Origin: Octopus sinensis
Lineage: Eukaryota
Direction: 5' to 3'
DNA length: 64,000 bases
Assembly (NCBI RefSeq): GCF_006345805.1
Contig: NC_043004.1
Coordinates: 90,644,001-90,708,000 of the forward strand
Each line of letters opens with the position of its first letter. The stretch's first letter is position 1. The notes below the pieces were generated by a model. That model was given only the letters and a program-made list of their open reading frames with translations, made no database searches and was not told the origin of the DNA. Shown one piece after another: positions 46,350-60,475 of the stretch. The position numbers were made by a program, and so were the translations under genes.

Positions 46350-46524
46350 GTTATGGCTTAATGTAGTTACCCAAGTTGTAATCAGAGCTATTTATACACA
46401 ACCTTTGATTTAAACATTAAAAGAAAAACTAATTGTATGTTTCCAGTTGACATTTTAAATACTTTTTCAAACTTTATTATGAAGAACAATTGAAAACAAC
46501 TCTATCATTCACTGTTTATACATA

Positions 46525-47200
46525 ATGTTGTTGCCATCAACATTGACAAAGCTTTTGACTATGTCTGGTATGTGAATCTCCTTTCGAAACTTCCTGCTTA
46601 TGGGCTCTGTCTCTTTTTCGCTCTTTACATTTGTAACTTCTTATCAGGTTGCACTATCAGAGTGTGTGCTGAAGGCACTCTTTCTGTCCCATGCTGTATC
46701 AACTCCAGTGTATGCCAGGGTTCAGTTTTATCTTACACTCTCATCCCTCTATGCATTAACAACCTATTTGCTGTCATGTTCAATAATGGTCATTTGTCAG
46801 CAGAAAATATCACCCTTCCTTCTTCAATCACACACTTCCTTGACATCTCGCATGCCAAACCTACACTAGTTTCATAAAAGGAGACTTTGAAAGTTTTCTC
46901 CAATGGTGCCTGGTCAGTGTTATCTCTTTCAACAGTAAAAAACATAATCACTGAATACATCAACAAAACATTTTGCTACAATCCATCAAACATGAGTAGC
47001 ACACAACTAGAGACCACATGATTGTTCCAGATATTAGGTTTCACTGTCACTCATGATCTCTCTCTCTCTCTCTCTCTCTCTCACAAAAGCACGTAGCTAT
47101 GATCACACCCAAAAAACTAGCTTTTCCCTTTGGGGCAAGAAAATACTTCAGCTCCAAAAATTACTGATGCATTACAAAGGTGAGATGAGGTTCACAAGTG
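46525..47200 (+). mobile_element. Decayed Jockey/CR1-like LINE RT fragment
   Basis: AINIDKAFDYVWYVNLLSKLPAYG...NFLSGCTIRV...INSSVCQGSVLSYTL..LCINNL aligns by eye to RT motifs DxxKAFDxVWH / GVPQGSVLSPTLF..FINDL; YADD is degraded. Confidence 0.65.
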
Positions 47201-50200
47201 TGGCCCTCAGCCTCATCTGTATGTGAGAATAGGAGACTGAATTAAGTGGATGATGGATATGATTATCTTATATTGAGGCAAACTGAAAGTCACTGTCTTA
47301 CAATGCACCAGGCAGCATAAATAAAGAAACAGATGAGAAGTTATAAAACTAGGGGTTAAGAGAATAAATAAGCACATTATTAATTCAATAGTGTCAAGGG
47401 CAGCTGTGTGTGTGTGTATGTATGTATGTGTGTGTGTTTATATACATACAAATGTACAGGTAACTGTACACATACATGCAGACATACATTGATATGTTCA
47501 TAGATATACAAAATACACACACAGGCTTATATTAACATGCTTGTGTTTTATAGTTATGTGTGCGCGCACACACACACACACACACATCCCCATGTCATGG
47601 CATTCTGTGTTCCTGCAAATCTTGCATAATGCAGAATTCTGTTATGCAAAATGTATTTTCTTATTGATTTTCATGGTATAAACAGATGCATTCTGATGGA
47701 ATTTTTCTGGGGGTGGGAGAGAAAGAGAGAGAGAAAATACAACCGCTTTTATGCATAAAAATATCAATTTTTAAACACACTCAGTACAGTATGTATACAT
47801 AAAAACATATGAAGCGAAATAAAGAATATATTTTAATGAATGAATAAGAATACAATAACACCATAGTACAGTACATACTCAACACAAATGATATCGGGTG
47901 TTGTGTGTGTTAGGTAATGGAACTGGGAGTTATTGGAAGTAAGAGGAGCCCTATCTTATGCACTGGAAATTATCTTCGTTAGCATCTACTTCAGCACTGA
48001 TGAACTTATTCAAACTTGTTTGATGTTTGTGGCGCCTCATTTCCTTATACAACTCAGTGTATGGACTTACCTAATTATGAACTCCTTTTGTAATTTTTGT
48101 GCTAAGATTATTATCAGCAAATATTACAGACTGACCTTATAAGTACTGTACCCTACTTTTAGCCATATTCATTCTTTACAGTTAGCTCAGTTGGAGTAGA
48201 TGGTGCTTCTATATCCTGTTTTTACCTTCCAGTTTGTTCTAATGGCATAAACTCTTTGGATAAACCTTTTGTATGAAACCCTAGCAACTCAGTCATACCG
48301 TTTTCTACAATTTTTTGATACTATTCTGGAAGCTCTTTTAAAGCTCATAAGGGAGGCAAAAAGACAACATTGTTACTGACAGTTTGATTTGTAACCTCTA
48401 CAAACAAGTAATTTACTGGACTTATATATCAGGTGTGTTCAAGGACTGCAACCTTGCATCAAACAGCTACTTGTACAGGTGCTGCTAAATTATCATATTG
48501 CTTAAGCATGTAAAATTTGCTCTAAGGATAATTTCGCTATAGCAAGATTTAAAGTGCTTACTAATTTCATGTACGAGGTGACAGATCCATAATTGCATTG
48601 AGAGAGCAAGCCGAGAGTGGCCTTAGTGATTTTTATCACTTTTTGAGTAAGATGTGTCTTCAGACTATGAAAGGAGAAGAATTGCAGTGCAAGTGTAAAT
48701 ACTTGAGCACTGATTCTATTGCTTCATAATCAACTCTTCATTCACTGGTGGCAGACTAACAGAAGAACTGATTTAAATGCAGAGAAGTTCTTGATCAAGT
48801 AAAGTCACTTCTTTCTAGGTCAACCTGACATTCAAACAGAAACAGGTTGTTTAAGGCAAAGAGGATCAAAGATGACTTTATCCTGACTTATAGGTGTGTC
48901 ATTGAAGTTGAGTGTTCAACTATTGCTGTCCTCAAATAGCAAGATGCCAACGTGATGATGGGAAGCAACAAACAGAAGCAGAAGAAACAATAGTTGAGAG
49001 AAAACCAAATAAAGAAAATGAGAGCCAATGATTTTGTTGATCAACTTTTTGTGAAATGTAAGCAACACAAAAAGCCTGTTATGTCTGTTAGTGGATGAAA
49101 GAAGGAATCCACTCAACCTGAAGAAGTCCAGTACTTGTAAGGGAAAAAGTCCAGTACTTGTGAATCACTCATCAATATTTAGATGTCTGCAAAACCTTTT
49201 TGAGAGGTCAGCGAACTGTCAGAGAATGAGATGATCAAGAACATAACCGTGATTCTCAGGGATGACAACATAGTAGAGGTATGACTACCTAGAAGAGGAA
49301 ACAATGGTGTCTCTTTTTGTAATAATGGAAACATTGACATAGCAGATCTGTCAGGAAGATCATGTGTTTCAGTTCAATCAACTACCTGCTGTGAACTGAG
49401 ATGAGGAAGGCAACTGGAGGTGGTACATTGGGTTTTGCCTTAATGATAATGAGAGCAAAACCTTCTGGATGGATCACCTGATCCACAGAGTTAAAATTTG
49501 GTAGTGATTATCTAGTACTAATAATATCCAGGATAACTATTGAGTAGCAGATTGTGTCAAATTTTAACAGGGGGTAGGGGGTAGCTGTGTTTTGTTTTAA
49601 ATAATACCTTTGAAATCATAGTTATGTTCCCTGAAATATGCTAATTAAGTTAAGTTTTGACTCAAAAATATATTAGCTGGTAATTGCACTTTTAAGGCTT
49701 TCCAATTCTGTTTATAATTTTATCTATCATAAAATAACCCCAGGAAAACATTTTAGGAGAAGGTCTTTACACAAAACAGAACTGAATATATGACAAAAAC
49801 TCCAGAAATCTACCCTGACAACATAAGTTGAAGTATGGTTTCACAAAAGGGTGCTGTGCACTTTTTTTATGTGAAGCCTTAATGAAAAGAAAAAAAAAAC
49901 CCAAAATTGATATCTATATAATTCCACTAGTAAGGCAGCTTCATTTATTGAGATAGCGGGCTCAAGCTTCACCTAATATGCACTTTTCTCTAATCTGAAA
50001 ACAAAAGTGTAGTACAGTATGAAGGTTTGTTAAACTTTACTAACATAGTCATACAGTAACAGAAAAATATGTCTTTGATTTCATTTTATAGAGTTCAGAC
50101 TATTGACTTTTTGAGGTAAAGAAAAAAGAAAAAACATAACAACTCTCTAGTTAGGTGACAAGTATGTGTAACAAAGAAGTTTTCAGAGATGTTCTCTCAC

Positions 50201-51839
50201 TTAAGACTGCACTGTCAGTACTATGACTGTCCATTTTATGCCATTTCAAAAAGTAAAGGCTTCAGAAAAAATACAATTTGAAAAGAAATTATGTATCTCA
50301 TGACTTTCTGTAAACTGCCAACAATTTTAGCTTTTAAAATAACCATGTAATTTTCATAGTACTGCTAGTACAATATTGTAGTTGGGTCTCCTAAATGTTT
50401 AGGTTGGATAAAATTACTTCAAGCATAGAATGGGACTAGCAAAGCATGCAACAACAGACTGACTGCTGTCCTTGATAATTAACATGCCACAGAAGTTGAT
50501 TGTGAGAGGAAGAAGTGAAACTTAACAAGGTAAGTATGGTGTAAAAATATTCAGTCTTGGGATAGGCCTGGAGTATTGGCAGTATATAGTTTGGGAGTAA
50601 AGAAATTTGTATTGAATAATAGCTACACACTTTGATATAAATGAGACTACAAAACAAATGATGGCAAATATCTATTGTAAATTTTACTTCCCCCATCTCC
50701 ATGTGAAATATTTACACAAGGTAACATAATGGGAATATTTAATCCATTAGAGAGAATACTTAGTCAAAATCCTTTTTTCATTGAGGCAAGGGCAAAGTTT
50801 AATCACCTGTACTGAGGATATTTTTTCACTAATTTATTTAATATTAGAAACAAGTGCCCTAGATTTTCTCTTTCATATTGAGTTTTTGTTGTGAGTGCTG
50901 TGATATTTTTTTTTAATAATCTTCCAGCTTTATTTAAATTGTATTCCCTACCACTAATCTAAGTACAAGCTGACTAAATAAACTTTTTTTTCTTTTTACT
51001 TAAAGTGGTTTTTGTTTGGTTATCTTTAAACCATTAAATGTTTTGAGGTATATTTATATCAAATGAGTGTAGGAAAGCAAATGGATTTCAATGCTAATAA
51101 TAGATATTTACAACAGATGATTATACTCTCAGTCCCTATACCTAGCTTCAATTAATGAAGGCCAGTTGTACAAATTAAAGGGGCTATTATTTAGCTATTT
51201 AGTTAGAAAGTTAATCTATGGAAGAGCAGTGTATAGATACACTTAAAACTACATACACAAATATTTGTCACCCTGTTGCGCAGAGCACTTTCATTTCAAA
51301 GCTTCAACATATCTATTTTGGGTGAATGAATTAAGACCGATGCCTCCTCCTTCTCCTCCTCTAATGGTTTCAAATTGTGGCACAAGGAGACAGCAATTTT
51401 AGAGGGAGGGGCATAGTTGATTACACTCCAGTACTTGAATGGTACTTTATTTTAATTACCCTCTTAGGCTGAAAGGAAAAGTTGACCGTTGGTATTCGAA
51501 CACAGCATAAAGGACCAGAAGAAATACTGTTAAGCTTTTTATCTGACATACTGATGATTCTGCCAGTTTGTCATTTTAATAATAATAATAATTTCTTTGT
51601 TTTTGTCTTAATAATAATAATTTCTATTAAAAGCACAAGGCCTGAAATTTTGGGGGTAGGGACTAGTCGATTACATCGACCCTGGTGTTTCATTGGTACT
51701 TAATTTGTTGACCCCAAAAGGATGAAAGTCAAAGTTGACCTCAGTGGAATTTCAACTCAGAATGCAAAGATGGATGAAATGCCATTAAGCATTTTGCTTG
51801 GCATGCTAACGATTCTGCAAGCTCATCATCTTAATAATA

Positions 51840-51873
<34 letters not shown>

Positions 51874-51884
51874 GTTATATATAT

Positions 51885-51890
51885 GTGTAA

Positions 51891-51926
<36 letters not shown>

Positions 51927-52196
51927 ATATATATGTGTGTGTGTGCATATATATATATATGTGTGTGTGTGTATATATGTGTGTGTGTGTGTATATATGT
52001 ATATATGTGTGTGTATATGTGTGTGTATATGTGTGTATATATGTGTGTGTGTGTGTATATATATATATGTGTGTGTATATATGTGTATATATATATATGT
52101 GTGTGTGTGTATATATATATATGTGTGTGTATATATGTGTATATATATATATGTGTGTGTGTGTATATATATATATGTGTGTGTGTGTGTATATAT
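51885..52196. repeat. Compound (TA)n/(TG)n microsatellite, preceded by (TAA)n
   Basis: Direct inspection; source of the spurious ORFs at 51826-52332. Other simple repeats: (TG)n 2834-2893, (CA)n 6949-6983, (TA)n 29045-29082, (TA)n 37744-37798, (CA)n 46319-46347. Confidence 0.95.
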
Positions 52197-52201
52197 GAGT
52201 A

Positions 52202-52254
52202 GTCCAACCCATGCTAGCATGGAAAACGGACGTTAAATGACGATGATGATGATG
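52202..52254 (+). mobile_element. Minimal RTE tail insertion inside a TA/TG microsatellite
   Basis: GTCCAACCCATGCTAGCATGGAAAACGGACGTTAAATGACGATGATGATGATG with TA-rich repeats on both sides. Confidence 0.8.
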
Positions 52255-52266
52255 TGTATATATATA

Positions 52267-52313
<47 letters not shown>

Positions 52314-52719
52314 TACATGTACACACATACATTTAGTTCTGCTTGCATCTATTGACTTCTCTATTAAGGATTAGGGAAGACATTCCAAGATTTTGTCCAC
52401 CTTCAGTATACTGGTTTTCTGTCTAAAGTGAGTTCTTTGCTATGAAATGTTAGATCGTTGATAAGTACTCCGGTATCATAACTATGTATCTGCAAAGAAA
52501 TGGAAGAAATACATAAATGTTGAAGGAATGTCAGGAATATACTAAGAAGTTTGAAGTACAATTTTTGTACACTTAAAATAGATTAATATCCTATCCAGAA
52601 GTAGATTTATCTTATATCTGCTTAAACTCCATATGGCTCTGAAGCTGAGTGATATTTTTGTAGTTTGCTGGATTGTAAACTGAGTGAATTGTCTGAAACA
52701 GGCTTGTGTTATATACTTA

Positions 52720-53000
52720 ACTAGCAATATCGCCCGGCGTTGCTCGGGTTTGTAAGGGAATAACTATATAAGCATTTTTAGAGAGTTATAGCCAAAAAAT
52801 AGCAAAAAATGCGTTAAAAATGGAAAAAAAATGATGGTAAATTTTTTTTTAAATCGTTGACTCATCGTCCAGAAGGGCTCGATATGAATCACGACTATAA
52901 GATACCCAGTTTTGGTTAAACTGCACCGCAAAATGTAGGAGTAGTTAGGAATCTAAATCGTAGGAGACAGACACACAACTTGACTTTTATATATAAAGAT
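52720..53000 (+). mobile_element. Second copy of the Helitron-like element (one internal subrepeat)
   Basis: ACTAGCAATATCGCCCGGCGTTGCTCGGG...CCAGAAGGGCTCGATATGAATCACGAC...TTTTATATATAAAGAT; near-identical to the reverse complement of 34603-35003 except for a ~120 nt internal deletion. Confidence 0.6.
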
Positions 53001-53110
53001 TATGTCCTCCCAGATTTGGAATTCAAACTTTACCAACTATGTGTATGTGTGTGTGTTTATGTTATGTTAAAGAAATATATGTTAATAAATGATATTCTTG
53101 TTTATTTCAG

Positions 53111-53251
53111 AACGAAATTGTACAGAGGGGAAATTTGGCTGGAGATGTTTGTCGATTTGTAACTGCCGCCATAAAAGGTCATGTGATCCCCTGACAGGTG
53201 CTTGTCTAGAAGGTTGTAAAAATAACTTCTATGGCACAAATTGTCTTTTAA
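53111..53251 (+). CDS. Host gene exon encoding an EGF-like (MEGF10/CED-1/SREC-type, 8-Cys) repeat
   Basis: Acceptor tttatttcAG (53109-53110), donor GTAAGT at 53252; 141 nt, phase 1-1, open frame RNCTEGKFGWRCLSICNCRHKRSCDPLTGACLEGCKNNFYGTNCLL with the C-x-x-G-x-F-G-x-x-C / C-x-C / G-C-x3-F-Y-G-x-x-C pattern. Not in the ORF track. Confidence 0.9.
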
Positions 53252-54277
53252 GTAAGTAGTTTACTGATTTAGTTTTGTGGTTGGATGTGTAAATGCAAGT
53301 TACTCTGATTAATTTTGACTAAGAACATTTTATATTAGCTGTAATATGTTATGTGAAGGCTTATTATATCTCTTTCATGGTGCTATTTACAGCTTGTTAG
53401 ACTGTACTTATTTTTTGTACTTAATTACTTATATTTAGTTATTCTCTAACTAGAGACCTAACATAAATATCTACAACAAAATGGCTGCCACTAAGGCACC
53501 CAAGGGCCTTATGATGGTATGAAACTAGAAAACACATCAAGTCTCTCAGAAATATTTGTGTGTATTAGTTTCAACAACCGAAATTCTCGATTATCATAAA
53601 GATAAAAGTTTAAATGAATGTTTTTTTTTTTTGTATAAGGATAGTAGTTGAAAATAAAAAGTAAGTTAAAGTGAATTAGTTTTAGCCAGAGTACTTTATG
53701 GTCATTGATTGTTGTATGGATTTGTCCTTACTGTGAAAGGATGTACAGGTATAATAAGGGGTTGAGTTTAGGTGGTTCTGAAGCAACTTGTTTTTTTTTT
53801 TGTGGCTGGGATAAACAAACGCTTACTTGCTCACTCACCCACGCACACATACACTAAGTTGTGCATACAAAGAGTGGCACTTACAGAGCCAGAACTGCAG
53901 CACAAAGATATGATTACCCACATATAGAAACCACATAGGGTGCCACCTTTTACTACTGCTACTGTTAGTACAGCCTTCCCTCTGTAGTTAGTTTTTGGTG
54001 AATGAGGGTATTTGGGACTGCATTCTTCAGTTGCATGTTTTTGTCATGATATTGGCTTATCTGGGATCTCAGAGTATCCAAAGCTTTCTTGAATACATTT
54101 ATATCCATTCTATATAGATTTCAAGTTCTGGTCCTAAATTGTTTGGAGAGATGATGATGATGAATGCCAGGCAGAATTCAGTTTGGTAGATTTTATAGCA
54201 TTCAATACTGAAAGTTGATCCTAGCCTTTCCAAGATCTGGTCACAACTCTTGGGCTGGAACTAATAAAAGATACATA

Positions 54278-54316
<39 letters not shown>

Positions 54317-54319
<3 letters not shown>

Positions 54320-54375
54320 CATGCTAGCATGGAAAACGGACGCTAAACGATGATGATGATGATGATGATGATGAT
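54317..54375 (+). mobile_element. Minimal RTE tail insertion at a (TA)n tract
   Basis: ACCCATGCTAGCATGGAAAACGGACGCTAAAC(GAT)9 directly after (TA)n. Confidence 0.8.
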
Positions 54376-54627
54376 ACAAAATGGGACAAGAATGCAAAAC
54401 ATCCGAACAGTTAGGTGATACAAAAATGGGACAACAAAACATCCAGATAGACGATACAAAGAAAACAAGGACGGGTCATTCGAAGTTTTCTTTCCTCAGT
54501 CAAGTACCAGATTATCTTCGCAATTTCGGCTGATTATACATGAGATTGCTCCAATCTGGCCAGCCCCAAGGGAAAAACTTAGCTAAGAGCATAAGAGTCC
54601 TTGGAAGAAAGCAGCGAATGTATTTCT

Positions 54628-55322
54628 ATGAATGTATTTCTATGAAATTCTCTTTTCTGCTGGGGAAAACAGCAGCTGAAATAGTTGTCATGCTTCAAAC
54701 AGCTTACAAGAATGATACTATGAACAAAATACAAGTTTACATGTGATTTTCACACTTTAGGAATGGTCACTTGTTGCTTGAAGACCAGCTTCGTTCAAGG
54801 CGACTGACTGTTGACCTCCCGAACAAATGAAAACATCACAAAAATTTATGAACTGATTTTGAAGGACAGTCACTGAACAACTGATGAACTTGTTGATATG
54901 ACTGGTGTCCTGAAGCTTCTGTCAATGAAATTCTGAGCAGGGAATTGTGAATGAAAAGAGGTGCAGTAAAAATTTGTGCTTCACTTGCTCACGGAAGATC
55001 AAAAGCAGTCATGACTGAATACGTGTCGTGAACTGAAAGAAGAGTTGGAAGTTGATCCGGACCTCTTTTTGAAGGTCATCACTGGTGATGAAAGCTGGTA
55101 CTATGGAATTTGCAGGATGATGATGATGACGACGACGATGACGATGATGATGATGGAAAAGGTGAAGAGTAAATGATGGAGGAAACAGTGGAAAACACAT
55201 CTGGACTGATGCAGTGCTTCAAATGGAGAATACTTTGCAGACGATAAAAAGTGTAAATCTGTAAACCTCAGTGAATGAAATAATATGGCAAAATTCTGGT
55301 TTCTTTTGGGTACACCACGGTA
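54628..55322 (+). mobile_element. Internally deleted mariner remnant
   Basis: MKFSFLLGKTAAEIVVMLQTAY...LEDQLRS...KFV.HLLTEDQKQ...VITGDESWYYG, then a (GAT) tract, then QWKTHLD*CSASNGEYF and a TIR-like end TTCTTTTGGGTACACCACGG-TA. Confidence 0.75.
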
Positions 55323-58300
55323 TATGTATAGATACTCACATGCACTCACATTCAATGTAAAGTAAAAATTGATAAAAATCCCTTGGAAGAGTAACACTAA
55401 AACTACAGTGTGACAAATAGCACTTGAAAAGAGTACTTGCAATGTGAATGGGGCATGTTGACATTTCAAATGTTAGTCCTTCAGAAGAAAAAGAAAAAAG
55501 AGAAAGATAAGGAAAGAGAAAGAGTCTGTTTGTGTAAATAGTAAAAAAAATATTTATTTTAAACTAAAAGATTAAAAAAAATTAAATAATTAATTGGAGG
55601 AAGGAGAAGGGTTAAAAACCAAAAGGAGAAAGCAGTTCTCTGAAGCAAGGATAAAGAAGGAAAGTGTGAGTTGGGTGTGTACATGCATGTTTCTGAGAGT
55701 TCATGTTTCTGGTGGTGGTGGACATAAAGGCATGGTGTAGGTATGTGTGTTGGTAGAGTGTCTGCATCTGTAGATGTATGTGTATAAATTTAGTAGGATT
55801 GGTTATTGGGGGGATGAGAGTGGTGATAGTGTATTCACAAGTGTATGTAATTAAGTAGATAAGGTGAAAGCATATGTGTGAGACTGTGTGTGTGGCCAAA
55901 GGTGGTGTAAGATGGTGTGGAGAGATGAATATGTGTGCAATGTGAACAGCGTTCTTTGTATGTGTATGTGTGTGTGTGTACCTACACTAAAAGCATGCTA
56001 TAGTTGAAAAGCCTTTTTTGGAGGCATGCAACAGTGAAGCAAAGACCAAAGGGGTACAATTTTTAAGTCAGAGGTAAAAAAAATTGAAATAGTAAAAGTC
56101 TAAGATGACGAGTAAAGAGTTAGTCTGAACAACAAAAGTAAGATTATATATAAAGGTTGAAGAATGTATGTCTCCTTTATCTTACATAGTTTTTATCCAG
56201 AGTTTCTGCTCTTCTAGATGTAACAGAGAATAATGGTTTAGTTGTAGCTACTCTCAGAGCATACAAAAGCATTCCTTATTCAGTATCTACTCTATCTTGT
56301 ATTTGTTTTTTATAACTGTTCCAGCTTTCCTAGACAGCCTGTCTTCACTTGAATTTGCAGAGCTTAGTTGTCTGCATGACTAGCGCAGGATCCTCTTTGT
56401 ATAATATTGGGCTTGTTTGGTCGACTTGTATGGCTAAGTTGAGAACCCACATCTTTACATTATGTAAAGGAGCTGGGAGTTACAGTAGCTGCTGTAAAGG
56501 GAATAAGAATTTTTTTCTTCTGTTGTATAAGTAAAATCAGGCAAATGGCAGTTCTGCTAGCAATTGTATACAGACATACAGTATTAGAAAAACAGTAATT
56601 GAATAGCTTATATTTTAAATTAAATTCTGTTTGCTTTGAGACAGATTTATTAGAATTATTCTTGTGAAGAAGATAGAATAAGTAAGCTGAGAATTACTTA
56701 CGGTTCAGGTAACTGTTTTCTCAATCTGCTAAATAATATGAACTCATGCCGATAGATTTGGTTTGCAGTTTTTTTTTTTTTTTTTTAACCAAATAACACC
56801 ATGTGTATTAGTCGACTGCAGAATTGACAGCAGCACTACATCAGCAAATTTGTTAATGTAGCAATGGTGAAATAATCCATATACATAACTTTTAGAAAAG
56901 GGATTGTGCTAAAACTTAGCTTTTGTATCAAAATTAATTTTAGTAGCTGTCTCATGTCACAGAGTTGTGTTGGTCTGGATTGGGCATTCTTTAATATTAC
57001 TGCATTAAAAGTCAAGATAAAAGAAAATAACCTAAATAAATAATGGACTTTTCCAATGATCAAAAGTGATTATAAAAAGAAGTGCATATTTTACTTACTA
57101 AAGCATTGGCTCTTTGTAGCGTTCACCTCACCAACCTCAACTCTGCTAACCACTTTTATAAAGGCATTCAAGTTGTCCTGTAGAAAACTAACACACAGTA
57201 AGACAGGAATTAACAGTTTTGTTAGCCAGAAGCCATTTCTGGTTTTCTCTGCAGCCTTCACGTCTTTCATTTCTCTGCACAGAGAAAACTAACTTCACAA
57301 GTTGCATGAACATTGATACATAAATAGATGTGCAACTATTACACCCACAATTGTGCATCCATTCATTATCTAGCTTAATGTAGCTTACACAACTGACAGT
57401 AACAAGTCATTGCAGCTTAAACAATTTACTGTCACAATTCATTGTAGTTTACAGTCACAAACCATTGCAGCTTACAGTTTACACATCCTTTGACTTTCAT
57501 TGCATGAACAGAATCCCTACTTGAAATGGAACTCTTAATTCAGCTAGTTTCATATGAAGTATGTATATAAATGAATGAATAATCAAAAACAGTAACTCAT
57601 TTCTACCAGTTCCTGTAGAAAGTATGTTTATTCTCTCTCATTTTCACAACAGCAAAATTATTTGCATGCAAAATTACATGCAGCATTCAAAATGAATTAG
57701 TATTATTTTAAACTGGTTATTTATTGCTTTCTGATAAAAATGTAACTTCCCAGCCTTCTCTACTAACACATCAATTGCTGTTTCGTTTTACTTTGAACTG
57801 CTGTGTGAATTATTTCGCCACTTAGATTGAGCAGGTCTAAACTATAAACTTAAGAAAGTGGAAGATAAAGAAAGTATATATGTATAATTCAGTAATCTAA
57901 AACAAGGATATCAATATATGTAACAAAAAATGTCTAAGCAACTTTTTTGATCAATCTAAAGATGATGGGGGAAATCTTTATAATTCCAATTTCAATATAT
58001 TTTAATAACAATTCTACTTTTATTCTCCATTTTGAAGACTTTGCTCAAATCCCACAAGTTCACTACAATCACCTCCTTCTCTTTGTTTCTCTATGTTCAT
58101 CATTAAAATTCTTTGTCACCCTCCTCCTGCTCTTGTTTTATTCTCATTGGCAATATTGTTCATATATAGCCAGAAGAACAAATATTTTTTTTTCACTATT
58201 TTATAACTTTCAATGCTTTAAAGTTATTTCACTAATGCTTTTGTTTCCCTAGTCATATTTCAATCACTTTCAATCTAAGTTATTTTACTACTTATTTATT

Positions 58301-58759
58301 TTAATCTTTCCTATAGCTATTACAATGTTATTTCAATTTATTCATTACCATCTTCCTCATTGATGTTAAGAAAAATAATGGTTGCAGGTGGTTATATATT
58401 TAAAAGTACTTCCAATATTTTTTGTATCTTCTTGAAAATGTTTAAAAAAACAAAAAGAACCTTGCATGGTTTAGATTTGTGATGAGAGTGACTACAATTA
58501 TATAATTCATTGGAGGAGCTTATGTTGTTATAAGCAACCATACACATACAGGCTCTGTGGTTGTGGTTGACAAGCTGAAATAAAAGTTTGTGAAATGGAA
58601 TTGTTTTAGTGAGAAGTGAAACAGTTACATGTGTTGTATGTATAATAATTAGTATTAAATATGAATTAGAAATTTAAACCCCTATAACAGTTTTATCACA
58701 ACAAAGCATTGGATTATCATGAGTATGGTAATCCAGTGTGAATCAAAGCAATGATCTGC

Positions 58760-59020
58760 CTGGGTTCTCGAGTATTTTCCATGCAATCGAGTATGGAATC
58801 TCTTCATCTTATAATTGCCAGATATGGCTGGCCACTGGTGTCACATATCTCCTTTCCACGACTCTGAATGAGAACAGATGATTGGAAATATGCTGTTTTA
58901 GAGAGTTCCTGGTGCATCCCATGTACTTCTGTGAGTGCGTGATTACGTTGCACTTGTTGCTGCTGTTGTTGGTCTATAACAAATTGTCCATCCTGCTAAT
59001 TGGCAAGCCATTACTCATTA
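58760..59020 (-). mobile_element. Penelope-like element GIY-YIG endonuclease remnant
   Basis: Minus frame KCNVITHSQKYMGCTRNSLKQHISNHLFSFRVVERRYVTPVASHIWQL*DEEIPYSIAWKILE follows the PLE pattern YIG.T...K.R..NH..SF........LS.HIW.LK......I.W.IL. Confidence 0.65.
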
Positions 59021-60475
59021 GTACACTATAACCACTGGCCCATTAGCATGCTTGTCCTCTTTCTGTCTCTCTTGCTATTGCAACAATGGTTTCTGATCTT
59101 CTACATTACCAAGCTATTTCGCAAGTCCACCTGATGCATTCACTAAACCTATCATCAATCCAAACCTTTTGCAGAACTGAAACTCTTTAGATATTTGTTA
59201 TTAAGACTAGTGTATGACAGAATTGGTAGAACAATGTGGAAAACATAGTTTTTGGTCATGTCCCTCTGTTCTTCATTCAAATACTACTGGGATTGACTTT
59301 GCCATTCATCAATAAATAAAGTACCAGTTGAGTACTGGGTCAATGTCAGGAAATAATTGGAACACAATGATTATAGTATTCATTGTAAATAACAGTTTCC
59401 ATATACTTGGCATAATGATTTCTAACGTCTACTTGTACTTTAGTTTTTGATACATTTGCTGCTGGGGGAGACCAATAAGTTATAGCTGGAACACCTTTGA
59501 TTAAAGATCTGCCAAATCAAGGCTGACCTGAAAAAAAAAAAGGCAATTAGAAAATCACAATTAAGCTAATGGGTAGAGAACTGGATGATCTACTAGTTGA
59601 AAGGAAAGTTGTTAGTATCAGGTTATGGACATAGAAAGTGTCTATATGATTTTGCTGTGATAACCCACTAAATTCGCTATAATTCAATGATAGTTGATTT
59701 GTTTCAGCTTCAGTATTTCTTAATAGACTCCCTTTATAATGGAGGTAGGGAAATGAATTCAGTATTTCTTATGTAAGTTGTTTAAAGTATGTTAAGGTGA
59801 ATTTTTCCGCCATTAACCATTTCATTTTAATGCCAGTCATACTGGTGTGTTATATGTCCCAAATTGGTGAGTTAGTTACATACAAATTGTCTTCTCATGT
59901 CATTTCTGGACTGTTTGTGAACACAATGTGCCAAGACCAAAATGACTAAATTATATTGACTTTACCATTCTCAAAAGGATTTCATCATCGTTAAGGATAA
60001 CCCTTCTTCCTTAGACTAAATAATAAGAATAATGATAAAAGTTAATTTAATCACTTGCTGCTCTTCTCTTCTTCCCCTCTTTTGCTTCTGTCTCTTTCTT
60101 AATTTCAGTTGTTTTGTCTTCCTTAATTTCTCCTTTTTACTAAATCACTTTGAAGTGTATATATGGATAGTGTTGTAGTAGTAATGTATGCAGAGTTTTA
60201 CTGTTGTGTATGGACAGTGTAGCAATAGCAAACATGCAGAGTAAGGAAAAAAATGCTATTTTCATCATAAATAGATATTTTGGTGTTTATTTATTCTCAC
60301 TTTATGTATATTGTAATTCATGTTATTTTCTTTTTGTTATTCCTTTCAACTTTAATATAATGAGTTGTAATCCACTAAAATTATTTTTGATTCTGTTTAA
60401 ACATTTCCTCATGTATTGTATTAATCCTTTTGTTCATTATATAATTTGTCTCTCTTTGAATTCTTATTTCTTCAG

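Noticed and set aside
48900-49560. Minus-strand LINE endonuclease remnant (HDLPDR...LFPLLGSH resembling PTRIPDR...SPLGSSDH)
   Set aside because: Similarity is too fragmentary to call without a profile search.
50403-50529. Exon ending at the strong donor AAG|GTAAGT (50530)
   Set aside because: All frames from the nearby acceptors contain stops; it could only be non-coding and there is no other support.
51826-52332. Long ORFs rich in Y/I/H/T/C/V (also 22551-22768, 28829-29324, 37475-37892)
   Set aside because: Translations of TA/TG/CA microsatellites.
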